Shown in pieces: positions 1 through 13,646 of a stretch of 64,000 bases of DNA. The stretch spans positions 56,482,001 to 56,546,000 of the forward strand of contig OX597822.1 in assembly GCA_951406725.2 (NCBI GenBank), given 5' to 3'. The notes beneath the pieces were generated by a model. That model had not been told where the DNA came from. It searched no databases and saw nothing but the letters and a program-made list of their open reading frames with translations. How positions within the stretch are numbered: position 1 is the first letter of the stretch; each line of letters opens with the position of its first letter. The DNA is from Octopus vulgaris (Eukaryota). The translations under genes were made by a program, and so were the position numbers.

Positions 1-719
1 CCCTCGGCTACCATCATCACCACATTCACCGCCGCCTCTGCAACTATCACAACTACAGCATACTATTACTATCACCCCTTTACCATCACAAAATGGCTAA
101 ATGTGTGTGTTCGTTCAGTATGTTACTTCAGCATGTTAGTTCAGTAGTCAGTCCCTCTTTCTCTCACATAGCCACTCTTTCTCTCTCTCACTCTCTCATT
201 ATTATTATTACTCCCACAGCCATCATCAACACTACTACTTTTAATAAAAACATCATCAACTCTCCCTATATTTTTTGTCTCCCTTTTTTCTTTCTGACTC
301 TCTTTCTCTGTCAGTTTTCACCACCACCCTCACTGTCTCTATGCCTACTATTACTCTTGCCCCAACATGAGCAATAGTAGGAGTGTTACGGAATAGTAAG
401 AGAAGAGGTCGAAGTGTGACACACTGACACACAGAAATTACTTTTCGCATTTATTATATTAGATATATGTGTGTGCGTGAATGTGTGTGTATATGTCTGT
501 CTGTGTGAGTGTGTGTGTGTGTGTGTGTCTGTGTCTGTGTAAATGGATTTGCTATTTATCAGTCTTTGCTTGTTGGCCAACTATATTATTGTTGTTATTA
601 TTCATTTTACTAATGATAGTAATTAATAATATCTATATAAAAGTTTTCAAATATTTATTCATTCAGTAATTTTATACACTGACACCAGTTTTTTTTTGGC
701 TCTAGCATTTCAACGATTA

Positions 720-2280
720 CCAAAAATAATTCGAATGTAAATAAGCACAATTATTATACACCCACGAAGAATACACTGACAATGAACAAAAATAATAAGA
801 TGAATTATAATAATAGTAATATTAATAATAATAATGATAGCCGTAAGGAAATTATATGGCTAATTATCCCTTATGGGATAAATCGAAACTAACTTGAAGA
901 AATTCTGAACATAATAAAAACAGCCTTTAAAAAGAACAAAACATACACGAAAATATTCTCAAACAAAACTATCAGAGTGGGCTATTCGACAACAAAAAAC
1001 GTTAGTAATATTATATCCTTTATAAACAACGTCAAATTAAATAACTTCTATAATAACAATTTAACTAATATTAACAATAGCTACGGAAGAAAAATAACAA
1101 TAAAAAAACATAACTGTATTTTAAATAAATACACATGTCAAGATAAATCCAAATGTAGCTTTAATAATAATTGCAACCTAGATAATGTAATTTATAAATG
1201 TACTGTAACCTCTAATAATAAGAAGAAAGAATATATAGGATCCACAGCGAATGAAATTAAAAGAAGAATTTTCCAGCATTATCAATCCATTAAAAATCTC
1301 ATAATAAATTCGACAGGCCTAAGTAAATACATATAGGAGTTGATATCTGAAAAATAGAATACACCCTTAATTGGAATATCCTTAGTAGAGCGAAGTCATA
1401 TAGAATAGGTAATAAAATGTGCTTATTATGCACAAATGAAAATACTCCAATCGAGAGAGGTATTACTGAGCAGTTCAGAAGAGAGAGGAACAACATGCCG
1501 ACATAAGAATGTATGTAATTTCCTAAACAATTATGTGGAAGATAGTTACATGTAGTTATAATAGAATTATATAATATAAGGTTGTCCCAAAAGTTCGTAG
1601 AAAGTCTTGGAAAATAATGGTCTTTATTTTGAGGAATAATTTTTGTTGTTTTTGTTAGTACTTGGCGAATAAAAATTCAATTTTCGCAAGTGTTTACGAA
1701 CTTTTGGGACAACCTAATAGTATTAGATACGGATATACCGAGAACCAAGAATATATTTAAAGAATATTACATTAAAAGGAATAGACAGGCCACATTTAAT
1801 ATAACATAATTCTTTAAATCTTTAACACTAGAGAAAAAATCCAGTTATAGCTAAATTTCAGAGTATCTTGATATTATCTCGCCTTGAATTCAATCTCTCA
1901 AATATTATTAGTCTTAGAGAATTTTTCAGAGTAGTATATTTTATTTATGTTATTCCTATAATACTTAGCGACGACAAAGGGAGTAGCCATTTGCACAGGA
2001 ACTAGCAGGAGTAAACGTGTAGATAAGTATTCTTCCTTTGTTAATTTTGTTTACTAGATTCATTTACTAGACTTATTCACTAAATTTATAACGTATATGG
2101 AGGTTTTTACTTTTTAAATATTATTAACTTACGTTTGACATAAAAATGATAATCCATGCTTGTATAGTTAGGGGTAAATCTTACAATAATTATTAATACT
2201 CGTAATGTTCATATAGATAAGCGTTGGAATTTGATGTGTTTATAAAATAGTCGATGAGGGTTTCTTTGTTTAGCAGTTTT

Positions 2281-2367
<87 letters not shown>

Positions 2368-2670
2368 AATAGTATTTTTAGGTGTTTAATTTTATAAATT
2401 TTTATTATTTAAAAATTTTTTTGATTTAAAAAATATTTTGATTTGGTAATTTTTTCAAAATATATTAGTAAGTTATATATATATTTATTATATTTTTATC
2501 CATATTCTTATTTTTCTATTGAATATATCTTAGAATATGTAGTTTTAAGCTTGATTCGTTAATAATAATAACAATAAGAAACTAGCCCCAGAACGCACTG
2601 GTGGATTTATGGATTAGGTATGGCCTGGTTTAACAAACCACCGGCGCAGAAACACGTGTAGTGTTGATTA
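720..2670 (+). mobile_element. Degraded Penelope-like element 3' part (GIY-YIG endonuclease)
   Basis: ORF 977-1336 CNLDNVIYKCTV...YIGSTANEIKRRIFQH...STGLSKYI, followed by out-of-frame WNILSRAKSY...CLLC; decayed hammerhead-like motif near 2585-2665. Mirrored in the right arm at about 57650-59335. Confidence 0.75.
1577..1717. mobile_element. Mariner-type MITE
   Basis: TIRs T(A/T)AGGTTGTCCCAAAAGTTCGTA, flanked by TA; the site is empty in the right arm (about 58970). Confidence 0.8.
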
Positions 2671-2887
2671 CACTTATCTACTTTCCCCACAGGTAGGGTA
2701 TATATATATTTCAAATATTTTAAAATATTTTAAAAAATTTATTTCATTGTACTTTAAAGTAGGCTTTAAAATGCTTATATCATTATAGTTATACTGGATA
2801 TAACTTTCTATGTGTATTCCGAAAATAAGATTGTCCTGAAAAAGGAGTTGTGGTTCTATTGGTAAAATCTCAAATTTATAATAATAC

Positions 2888-2950
<63 letters not shown>

Positions 2951-3242
2951 ATAATAAAAAATGGAGTTAACGCAGGTGTAATCAAATATTTTTACTTTCG
3001 ATACATGTTTCGAAAATTCCACTGATACTATTCAAAAGAATAAATGGTATAAACAATGCAATCTTCTCCCCAGGAAAGTGAAAAAAACGAAAATTTTTTA
3101 TTCATATTATTCGACGTAAACACGAAGTTTCTACCTTTATAAACAAGGAGTTACAACACCTTTACTTGTGAGATTTTTGCTGCCCTGGTAACTATTTATT
3201 TATTTTTTCCGTGTTAATTGTTAACAAGGTAAAAATACACTC

Positions 3243-3316
<74 letters not shown>

Positions 3317-3317
3317 G

Positions 3318-3400
<83 letters not shown>

Positions 3401-3513
3401 GTATATATATATATGTGTGTGTGCATAGAAAGTGTATGTCTGTGTTGTGTGTACTAATGAATATGACAACGATCAGCAGAGAAAATGAGAGAAGATAATA
3501 TATGGAAACTTAC

Positions 3514-3697
3514 CTGGACAATGGGTCTGTCCATTTTGGGGAGGAGATCTGTCCAAAAACCGCATATATTATTCATGTAATTCTCTTTCGTCTCAGGCTC
3601 TGCTTTATCGTCAATCACAATATATTTCTGGTTTTCGGGTGTGAACTTGGGCCATGGATCATTGGAGCAATCAGAACAACCTCCATTGTTAGGATTA
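3514..3697 (-). CDS. Cholinesterase-like gene copy A, second coding exon (GNPN...WPKF...CGFW)
   Basis: Acceptor TTTTCCAG|T, donor CAG|GTAAGT. Continues the phase-2 frame as G-NPNNGGCSDCSNDPWPKFTPENQKYIVID...ICGFWTDLLPK, the typical cholinesterase C-terminal catalytic segment. 184 nt versus 185 nt in copy B. Confidence 0.88.
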
Positions 3698-4361
3698 CTG
3701 GAAAACAATAAATCAAAGAGAAATCAAAACTTTAGGTAAGTGAGGCTTTGTGCTTATGGTAGGAAACATGATAGGAAATATTTTATGCAAGTGACTGGAG
3801 ATGAATTGATAGATTCGTTAGAACATCGGACAAGATGTCTGAGGTAACTATTTTCTGCCTCTTATATCAGTGTTCAAAATCCCATCGAGGTCAACTTTGA
3901 ATTTTAGTCTTCATGGATAAATAAAATATAATAGTTTCAAATTTTGGCACAAAGCCAGTAATGTCGAAGGAGTGGGTAAGTCGACTATATCGACCCCTGT
4001 GATCGACAGGTACTCAGTAGTAAATACTGAGATGAAATTAGTCGACAACAACCACCTTTAAAATGAATATCTTGTTTCTGTTCTGTTCAAGGTGGTAAAT
4101 GATTGACTTGGTTAAGCTTTGGATTAAAATACTTGGAGTGATATAATCACTCCAATATATAAATATATTTGTTACCTGTAATAAGTATAAGACATAGAGA
4201 TAGATAAAATAAATAAATCTATATAAAGGCATGGATACATACAGCATACCAACTGTACCATTTTATCGGGTCTTAGGACAACAGTAAAACAATAGGGTGA
4301 GAGGAAGGCCTCACTGCTGCTAAATATTATGATACACACACGCACTTACAATCACATGCGG

Positions 4362-4440
<79 letters not shown>

Positions 4441-4700
4441 CAAACAAGGACGCAAAAGCATGCGCACATAAGGACACACATCTTAGAAGAACAGAATGGA
4501 ATAAATGGAGAAAGACCTCACACGAAAACGAAAAGTGCCGCTGAAGAGGTCACACACTTGTGACAAAAGATTTCCGGACAATGGACATGAGTAAAATAAT
4601 AAAATAAGAACAGTAATAAAAGACTAAGAAAATATATATCTGTATAGTTATTGGCAAAATACAAAAAATAATACCATCCCGAAATACAATATATAAATAT

Positions 4701-4787
<87 letters not shown>

Positions 4788-4844
4788 GTGAAGGGAAGAA
4801 ATGGAGCTGAATGAAGATTCTACATAATTCCTTTTATTATCTTC

Positions 4845-4882
<38 letters not shown>

Positions 4883-4896
4883 CATACATACATACA

Positions 4897-4932
<36 letters not shown>

Positions 4933-4939
4933 TATATAG

Positions 4940-6380
4940 GGGGGGGGACATTTTTTCGGGCCTCCGTCGGTCATGGCTAACCATGGATGATGTCATCCGT
5001 CCGTTGAGTTGTCTATTCAGTTTTTTCAACGCCTCCTGTAGCTGTAGAGAGCGATGCGACAGTAGCAGTCTCATTTGCAGAGGTCACACCTATACGTTGA
5101 ATCCGGTCTGTTGGCTGTCATTTCTATTCTGCGGGTTCAGTTTTCAGCTGCCACCACCCTCAAATTCTCTTCGGCTGTCTGCGGTTGTTTGTGAAGAGTG
5201 CCTCGCCAGCTGGTTCGGTCGGCCGCGAGATCCTCCCAGGAATTGGTATTGATGCTAAGTGCCTTCATATCCCTTTTGCACACGTCACTGTACCTTAGCT
5301 TTGGGCGGCCAATGTTTCTCTGCCCTGCGACAAGCTCTCCGAAGAGAACATCCTTTGGGATCCGAACATCCTCCATACGGCGATCGTGATCAAGCCAGCG
5401 CAACCGAGGTTGTCTTAGAAAGGTGAGCAAGGTGGGGAGGCCAGCACGAGACAGAACGTCAGTATTGGTTACTTTGTTTTGGCAGGAGATGCCGAGTATG
5501 CGTCGGAGGCTTCTGAGGTGGAAGGTGTTAAGCCGTTTCTCCTGGCGGGCGTACGCAGTCCATGCCTCGCTACCGTATAGCAGGATGCTGAGGACGCAAC
5601 TCTATACACACCCATTTCCATTTTCACTGTTATCTTGGAATTTGTCCACACTCTTGGCGTGAGGCGAGCGAATGTTGTGGCTGCCTTCCCGATCCTCTTG
5701 TCTATCTCAGCATCTAGGGAGAGGTTGTCAGTGATAGAGGAACCAAGGTACATGAACTGGTGAACAACCTCGAGCTCATAGTTGTCGATGGTGATGACAG
5801 GTGGTGCCACCGTGTCTTGACCCATAACGTTTGTCTTCTTCAGACTGATAGTCATCCCAAAGTCTTTGCAAGCCTGGGTTAAGCAATCCATCAGCAGCTG
5901 CAGTTCCCTCTGAGTGTGAGTCGCAACTGCAGCGTCATTAGCGATCAGCATGTCTCTAATGAGAACTTCACGGATCTTTGTCCTCGCTTTTAGGCGGGCA
6001 AAATTGAACAGCCTACCATCCGATCTGGTCCGTAAGTATATTCCCTCTTGTGCTATGACAAATGCATGCCTCAGGAGGAGTGAGAAGATCCCGAAAAGAG
6101 TTGGGGCGAGTACGCAGCCTTGTTTAACTCCGCTGTCGTTGAACTGCGCAGTCTCTGTCATGTTGGAGTGGAAAGACTCAATTAAGCTGTGTAGTTTTGG
6201 AGGACAGCGATCTTTCGGAGATCCTTGAAAAGACCGTCGCTGCTGATAAGATTAAAGGCCTTGGTGAGGTCAATGTATGCGACATAGAGAAGTATCTGCA
6301 GCTCTCTGCAATTCTCCTGGAGATGGCCAAGAGTGAAGACCATGTCTACCGTGGATCTTTCAGCTCAGAAACCACACTGA
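4940..6380 (-). mobile_element. RTE-clade LINE, 5'-truncated RT and C-terminal region, in the copy A intron
   Basis: GVKQGCVLAPTLFGIF, DMLIANDAA (degenerate FADD), FMYLGS, RLRWLDHDRRMEDVRIPKDVLFGEL..GRPKLRYSD; frameshifted. Confidence 0.88.
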
Positions 6381-6860
6381 GTTGCTATCAGCTAATGTAA
6401 CAATCAATGAGCAAATCTACTTTCAACAATTAGACCGTTTGAACGATGCTTTGAAGAAAAAAGTCCTGCTTTAGTGAATCGAAAACGTGTGGTGTTTCAT
6501 CGGGACAATGCAAGATACCACTGTAAAAACCACGTCACAGAAGATCGAGGAACTTGGCTTGGAGAAAATTGCTCATCCATCTTATTCTCCAGACCATACT
6601 CTTCAGATTACCATTTGTTCCGTAGAATCATTTGGATGGATTAACTCTGAAAATAACTGAGGAAGTCGAAATTCGGGGTTTTCCTCTTCAAAATCGAAAG
6701 AGATTGTCACTAATGCGATAAAAAAAAATTACGAATAGATGGAAAGATGTCATAGATGGTCATGGAAACTATATCGACGATCAAATTTCATTAAAATGTA
6801 AGATTTGATCACTTGCTTTCCTTATTTAAAATCCGGACATTACTAATGAGATGAACTAAA
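6378..6860 (+). mobile_element. Mariner transposase remnant (truncated mirror of 49690-50780)
   Basis: NRKRVVFHRDNARYH and HPSYSPD..SDYHLFR motifs. Confidence 0.75.
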
Positions 6861-6867
6861 ATGTGTG

Positions 6868-6899
<32 letters not shown>

Positions 6900-7501
6900 C
6901 GTGTATGTGTGTGTGTATGTATGCATGTATGTATGTAGGTTTGTTTGTATGTATATACCAATATTCAACAGAGGTAACAGAGTGATTCAAGGTCTGAGAG
7001 TTTTCTGCGGTGACTTTTATCAAAGTTTGAGTAACTGTATTTTTCTAAGTCAATACACAAACGTTTCTACTTCGAAATTCTCTCATTACTACATTGGCTA
7101 GTACTGGGGAGTGTATATTTTATTGAGCTATTATAGAACTTATATATGTCTAAATTTATCTCCCTTTCTTGCCGAAAGGGTCAAAAACACATTAGTTAGT
7201 GGCTGTTATTATGTGTATGTGTGTATGTGCGTGTGTGTGTATATGTGAGTACGTGACAGTATGCACGCGAGCGCGTGTATATGATTCTCTGCGTCAGTTC
7301 CTGTATAATTGAATGAATCGCTTTGTATGCGAAAGTGTGAGGTGAGTAAATATACGTACTTCTCTCAGTGTACAGAAATTGCCATAGAACGAGCAAGAAC
7401 TATAAAAAGGAGACCAAAAATGAGTATAGACACACACACACACATACACACACCAATACACGCAAAAAGTAACATGAACAAATAAATAAATAAAAACTCA
7501 C

Positions 7502-8982
7502 CCTGATTTAGAAAAGTTAACAAAAAAGCTTGACATTCTTTCTGTCACTATTTTATCTTCTTCTGCAAACTCTTTTCTAGATAACGGGTGCGCAAATGTA
7601 AATATAACCTCATATCCATGCACTACACCCAACCATTTCGGCCAGGGATTTAATCGCGATCGAAACTCGAAAGAATACATGTAGACGTTGGAATGGCGGC
7701 TGAATTGCTCGGCGAATTTAAAAGCAGGACATGTAAATGCTGTATCTCCTGCTACTTGTTCTATTATGTATCTGTATTTTTCAGCTTCAGTAACGGAGAA
7801 GACACGAGAACCATAAAGATAGGTGATGACATCCATTTGCAGAGAATTTAGATATGTTGGCTGAGTAATACTTTTCATTAGTTTATGTGCAGTATCTGTT
7901 CCCATCGTCGCAATCCCATTTACAGGGATTTCTTTGGCAAATGCCGTCAGAACAAAAATACTTCCTTCATTTTCGACAAAACCAGTTAGCACATTTTTTT
8001 TCACGGTTTTATCGTTCAGAATTTCATTTAGATTTCCTGATAAGAAGTAATTGTCGACAACAGGAGTGAATGTAACTTGTAAGTAGTCATCTAACTTGAA
8101 GGATTGGGCTTCAGCTATTTTTTTAGCATCAGCTTCTAAAAAGCAATCTATCATCAATTTTGTGTTATCCACTGGACATTTAAGAGCAGAAGCCATTGCT
8201 TTTGCTCTATCGATGTTTCTATCTATTGATCTAATTGCCCAGTCGGAGGTGGTTGACCCACTCATCATGATAGCATTCCTGAAAAGCTTCCGAGAAAGTG
8301 GGGAAATAGTATGGAAACCAACAGATGCTGAACCAGCACTATGTCCAAACAGTGTCAGGCTACCAGGGTCTCCTCCGAAAGATGCAATATTATCATGAAT
8401 CCACTTTATAGCGAGGTTTTGATCAAGCAATCCCATATTACCCGGAGCACGCTCGTCATTTAAGGAAAGAAAACCAAAGGGACCTAATCTGTAATTTAGC
8501 GATGCAACGATAATATTTTGACTGGTAGCTAACCATTTTCCATCATACATTTCCAGCGTACTTGACCCAGAAACAAATGCACCTCCATGAATCCAAATCA
8601 TCGTGATTAAATTTGAACGAGATTTCCGTGATTCTGTTGGTGCCCAAATGTTTAAATAAAGACAATCTTCACTTATATTAGTTTTTAGATTCCATAAACT
8701 CTCAGCATCAACAACTCCCTGTGCTTGTTGTGCACACGCCGAAACATATTCCTTGGTGTCTTTTATACCACTCCACCTTTCAATTGGTTCAGGTCTTCTA
8801 AATCTTAGATTACCAACAGGAGGTTTAGCAAATGGTATTCCAAGAAATACATCAAGTTCAACATTCTGAACTGAAATGGTTGATCCTTTGATCTTCCCAG
8901 TGGTAGTATCAATTATCGGATCTTGCGCATAGATATAAGTTTTTAACAAAGAAATTATGAAAATATATTTCAATCCTTCCAT
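7502..8982 (-). CDS. Cholinesterase-like carboxylesterase, copy A, main coding exon
   Basis: Signal-peptide-like N-terminus; motifs FLGIPFAKPPVGNLRFRRP, SEDCLYLNIW, WIHGGAF, NYRLGPFGFL, GNMGLLDQ, FGHSAG (Ser), NEGS (Glu), WLGVVHGYE (His). Polypyrimidine-AG acceptor at 9013-9014 upstream of the ATG; donor GG|GTGAGT at 7502/7501 (phase 2). Confidence 0.93.
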
Positions 8983-9571
8983 GATATGAATGACTCAACT
9001 GTTGATGAAATTCTGAAAGAAAGAAAAGGAAAAAGAAGTTTTGATATACATCTCAGCTATTACATCACTAGTGTTTTGCAAAGAGCTGAAGCCACGTATT
9101 CGAGATTCAAGCAGAAAGCCTGAACCAGCATGGGTACGTAATTTAAAAAATAAAATTTTATTCCTGCTAAAAGTATCTTACAGATCGTTATAGCTATGAA
9201 ACGTAACACCGAGAACAACTTCACACATCACGAGGAAGACGTGAGAAAAGAAAACTACAGAGGCGATTTGGTGATACAGGATTCGGAATCCTACACTCTA
9301 AACTGCGCAACTGAAACAGCAATGCAAAGGTACAGCTGAAAAAGTAAAGTGTAAATCTACAACATATAAACGGCAAAATGCTCAATAAATTATTTGCTAG
9401 AGTTTCCAACTCAGGTTATCGCTACTTCAATGTAAAAGGCTCATTCCCTGTAAAACTAAAATACCCCCAGAGTGTACTGGAAACTTTATTCATCGCAACG
9501 ATCGAGTTACGGTGAATCCCACGTTGCAGAAGAGATGCTTCTTCACTATGGGATGCACCGTAATTCATAGT

Positions 9572-12500
9572 ATGTATATAATTTAGAGAAAAGACCACCA
9601 TTAAACAATTCAATAAAGAAGGATGTTATTCACACCATATAGAAAAAATATACTATAAAAACACCTTATTTTACATCAATAATGTACAATAAATAGTAAA
9701 CAGTAGTAAAAAAACTACGCAGGTTTCATAGCTATATTTTCAAATAGATAATAAAAATAAAATCAATTCGATTCAGAATTTAATCGAACTAAAATTAATT
9801 CTATTAAAAAATATAGTCAATCATCAGGTCTAAGATAATAAATAATAAAAAATAATAATACAATAAATGTACTTAACTTATACTAATTATCGAATAAATA
9901 TATAAAAAATACGTGTATTAACTATAAAGAATCGAAAAGCATTTAACAACACGTCTTAAAATAAAAATATAAACTTATCTTGTCGAAGGATTTTTCGTTA
10001 ACTACCAATTTAAACGTAAAACGTCGAACTTAGCGATTACAAGAAATATAAGAAATATATCGCGTGAAAATATGGCGTAAATAGAATTATAGAAGAAATA
10101 TATAGAAATATGTATATAAGCTATAAAAAATTTAAATTACAAATGTATTTTAGCTGTACGAAAAAGGAAAAAATAACTTTAATATACTATTAACTGGAAA
10201 AATTGTAAAGTCTAAATAATTTAAATACTAAATACGTTAAAAACATAATATAATAAACATAAATTAAGCTAAAATTCTATAATTTAATCTCTTTTCATTA
10301 ATTAATTTGTTTATTTTATAAACATCTAATTTTCAACATATTCTAATTATATAATATAGACTATATAATCTCGTGCTAATTTATACACATTTTACTGCAA
10401 CAAATTATAACTAATACAATTAGTAACATAAAACAGGGTTTATATATATACACAAATTGGCTAAACTTATTATATAAGTAATTTAATTTATGTCTGCAAT
10501 TAATTTTTCGTTCGTTGAGAGAATTAATTAAATTATTATTATTAGTTAATAATATCTCCTTACATTCGTCAGTACATAATAAACAAAAATTACTACCTAT
10601 TCGATATGATTCTGCCTTACAAACTATCTCCCAATTTAAATTGTACTTAATATTTTTAGATTTAAGTTTCCATATATATTTACTAAGGCCAGTAGAATTA
10701 TTTAAATTTCTATTCTTAAATGAATTCATCTGTTGAGCCACCCGTAATTTAATTTTATTAGAAGTCGACCCTATGTAAATTGCATTTAAATTATAACCAT
10801 TCCTATCATTATCATCAATTAAAGTCACTACACATTTATGCACTACATCATCGAAATTACATTTATTATTAAATTTACAATTAGTTTTATCACTAATTAG
10901 TACAATTAATTATATTATTATTATTATTAGTAGTAGTAGTAGTATCATTGGAATAATTATTTGATTTGTTTTGTAAAACTTATTTAGCTAAAATTTATTA
11001 AAAGAAATAATGTTCTCTACATTATTAGTAGTAGAATAACCACCTCCAAAATTATTACAAGAAAAAATGTTATAGTTTTTATTATTTCTAATCAATACTT
11101 CAATTACAGTTAATAATGTTTGTTTTAACTTGAGCTCCATAAGGAATAATTAACCAAATTTTGTTCTTTTTATTAATATTATTATATTTATTTATATTAT
11201 TAAATTTATTATTATCATTAAATGAATTAAATTTAATCTTATGTTTTAGTCTATTATTATATTTATGTTTTGTATTATCATAATACATATTATTAATACC
11301 ATTATTACCTAAATAAAACGTATCATAATTCTTAATGTTAGGTTTATTATTATAAAAAATATAGGAATCATTTATATTATAGTCTTTTATATTATATTCA
11401 TATTTAGAATTATTAAAGAATTTAATATTATTATTATATCCTGCCTCTCGCAGGGCTTCATTATAATAAGATGCGTGTTTTGGGAAAATCTCAAAATTAG
11501 AAGAAAGCAGCGATATTCTTTTACCTATATTATCTATTAATTATTTCTTAATAGAAGGTGGATGATTTAATATTAGCATTAATATATGTAAGGTTTTCAT
11601 TAATTTCATGGAATGGTTGGGTTTTACTTGTTATCAAATTAAAATTAGCATCTAAATAATTAACATTATAGTTCTCATTATATATAGTAATACTCAATCC
11701 ATATCTTTTAAAAAGCTATATAGTTTCTTCTTATATAATTCTAGTGATATATTGGTGCAATTCTTAGTTATTAATAAAAGATCATCCCTATATATATACC
11801 ACCTTCCAACTTTAATTTTTCTAATTGAAGTTCTGATAATAAATAAATACCTACTAAATCAGTTGCCTGTGCAGAATCGGGTACCCCCATAGGTATATCA
11901 AAATAGTTCCTAGTATCCTTCCTAGCCCACAATTTATTATTATATCTAATCAACGATTTCCTAGTCTTTTAACAACATTAACTTCATCATAAGTCATTCC
12001 TACCTTATTCATAGCATAAATTAAGGCCTTATTGAGTACTATCTCTTAATAGAAGAATGATAAATATCTATAACAATTCGAATTAATTTATATCTATCTT
12101 TATCTTTAATATTATTAAGCCATTTTAAAGTATCATTAGTACCAGTCCAAAGTTTAAGGTAATTATTTTCATTTAATCTATATATTTATCTAAAATGATC
12201 TTACTTAATTTACCTAGATCTGATTTACATGGACAAGTAAGTCTAACTTTTGGGTCAGAATAAAAATTATCCTTATGGTCTTTTAAAGTAATTCTAGGGT
12301 GCATAAGTTTCAGTTTTATTATCTAACTTTTATTTCATCATGATTAATTTAGAGTGCTTATTTATATTATAAAGAGTATTTTCTGGAACAATTTTATATT
12401 TTTTATTTATTTATTACACTCTCTAGGAGGTTATCATATAATTTAACTTCTAGTTTATACAGGTTCCTAGTTTTATCTGATTGTACTATAATTTCTTTCA

Positions 12501-13220
12501 TATTACGCATTTCTTTAATTCTAATAGCTAGATTTCTTAGATATTCATTATGTCTGTTTGGGTATTTATTAAATTCAACATTTTTCACCACCTTCCAAAT
12601 ATTATCCTCTAAAACCTGTATATCTCTATTATACGGGGGTTCATTTCTAGATTTAAATTTAGAATTGATATAATTAGCATTCTCTACATCGTTAAAATTA
12701 GATATGTTACAATTATTGTAGTAGGCTTTCCATTTAATCCTATTAATAAAATCTTTAATATTATTAATAAGTTTCAAAATATATTCTTTTCTAGATGGTA
12801 TAGGAATATCCTTCAAAGATGAATTCCAAAATAGCGGTTCTATCTTACCTGTAAGTTCCATAACTAACGAAAATGAGAGTTAAATACAATCGATAAACGT
12901 TAGTTATAAATATAAATACAAATATTATAATAATAGTAGTAGGGAATATAATTCCAAAACTTACAGGGAAAATTCAAATTAACAATTCTAAATGAAATTC
13001 CACAATATATAATATATGTATATAATTTAGAGAAAGATCACCATTAAACAATTCAATAAAGAAAGATGTTATTCACACCATATAGAAAAGATATACTATA
13101 AAAAAAAAACTTATTTATTGATTTAAAATAAGGATATTTTATTGTTTATCTTTTCTATATGGTGTGAATAACATCTTTATTGAATTATTTAATGGTGGTT
13201 TTTCTCTAAATCATATATAT
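9572..13220 (-). mobile_element. Near full-length degraded Penelope-like retroelement with direct and inverted pseudo-LTR copies
   Basis: N-terminus SLKDIPIPSRKEY..FINRIKWKAY (12403-12861); RT KDHKDNFYSDPKVRLTCP and IPMGVPDSAQATDLVGIY; GIY-YIG 10376-10843. 9572-9670 is repeated directly at 13016-13110 and inverted at about 13115-13220. Absent from the right arm. Confidence 0.88.
9712..9831 (-). ncRNA. Type I hammerhead ribozyme candidate in the Penelope 3' region
   Basis: Minus strand: agac CUGAUGA [about 93-nt stem II with ctatatttt/aaaatatag and ttagttcgatt/aatcgaattga pairing] GAAA c-ctgc-g UA gttt. Confidence 0.65.
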
Positions 13221-13546
13221 ATATATTTATATATAACTGTTACATTCTAGATAGCACCAAAAAGTATTCCATCGACTGAGAGATAAATATCTTTTAATAT
13301 ACGCATTATATTCAGATAAAAGCTACTGACAGTTTCATGACATGGAAACATGATAATGCGGCAGATTTATATAACGTGCCTTGTGTCTCTAAGCAATCCT
13401 CATTTTCATGTACAACTAAACAGGTGCACTGAACCCGAACGATTGGTTGCATACACAAGACACGTTGTATAAATCTGTCAAATTATCGATTTTCTACGAC
13501 ATGGAACCATTAGTAGATTTTATTTAAATACTGTGTATGTTAAATG

Positions 13547-13646
<100 letters not shown>

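Noticed and set aside
3211-3498. Many ORFs rich in YI, HT, CV, MYVC, poly-N or poly-L, here and throughout the window
   Set aside because: They are translations of (TA)n, (CA)n, (TATG)n and (TAA)n microsatellites, not genes.
8096-8398. Antisense ORFs over the esterase exons (also 48077-48295)
   Set aside because: Shadow frames of the real coding strand.
7502-8982. Assigning the symbol ace/AChE
   Set aside because: Several diagnostic gorge residues and E199 differ; orthology cannot be shown without a phylogeny.
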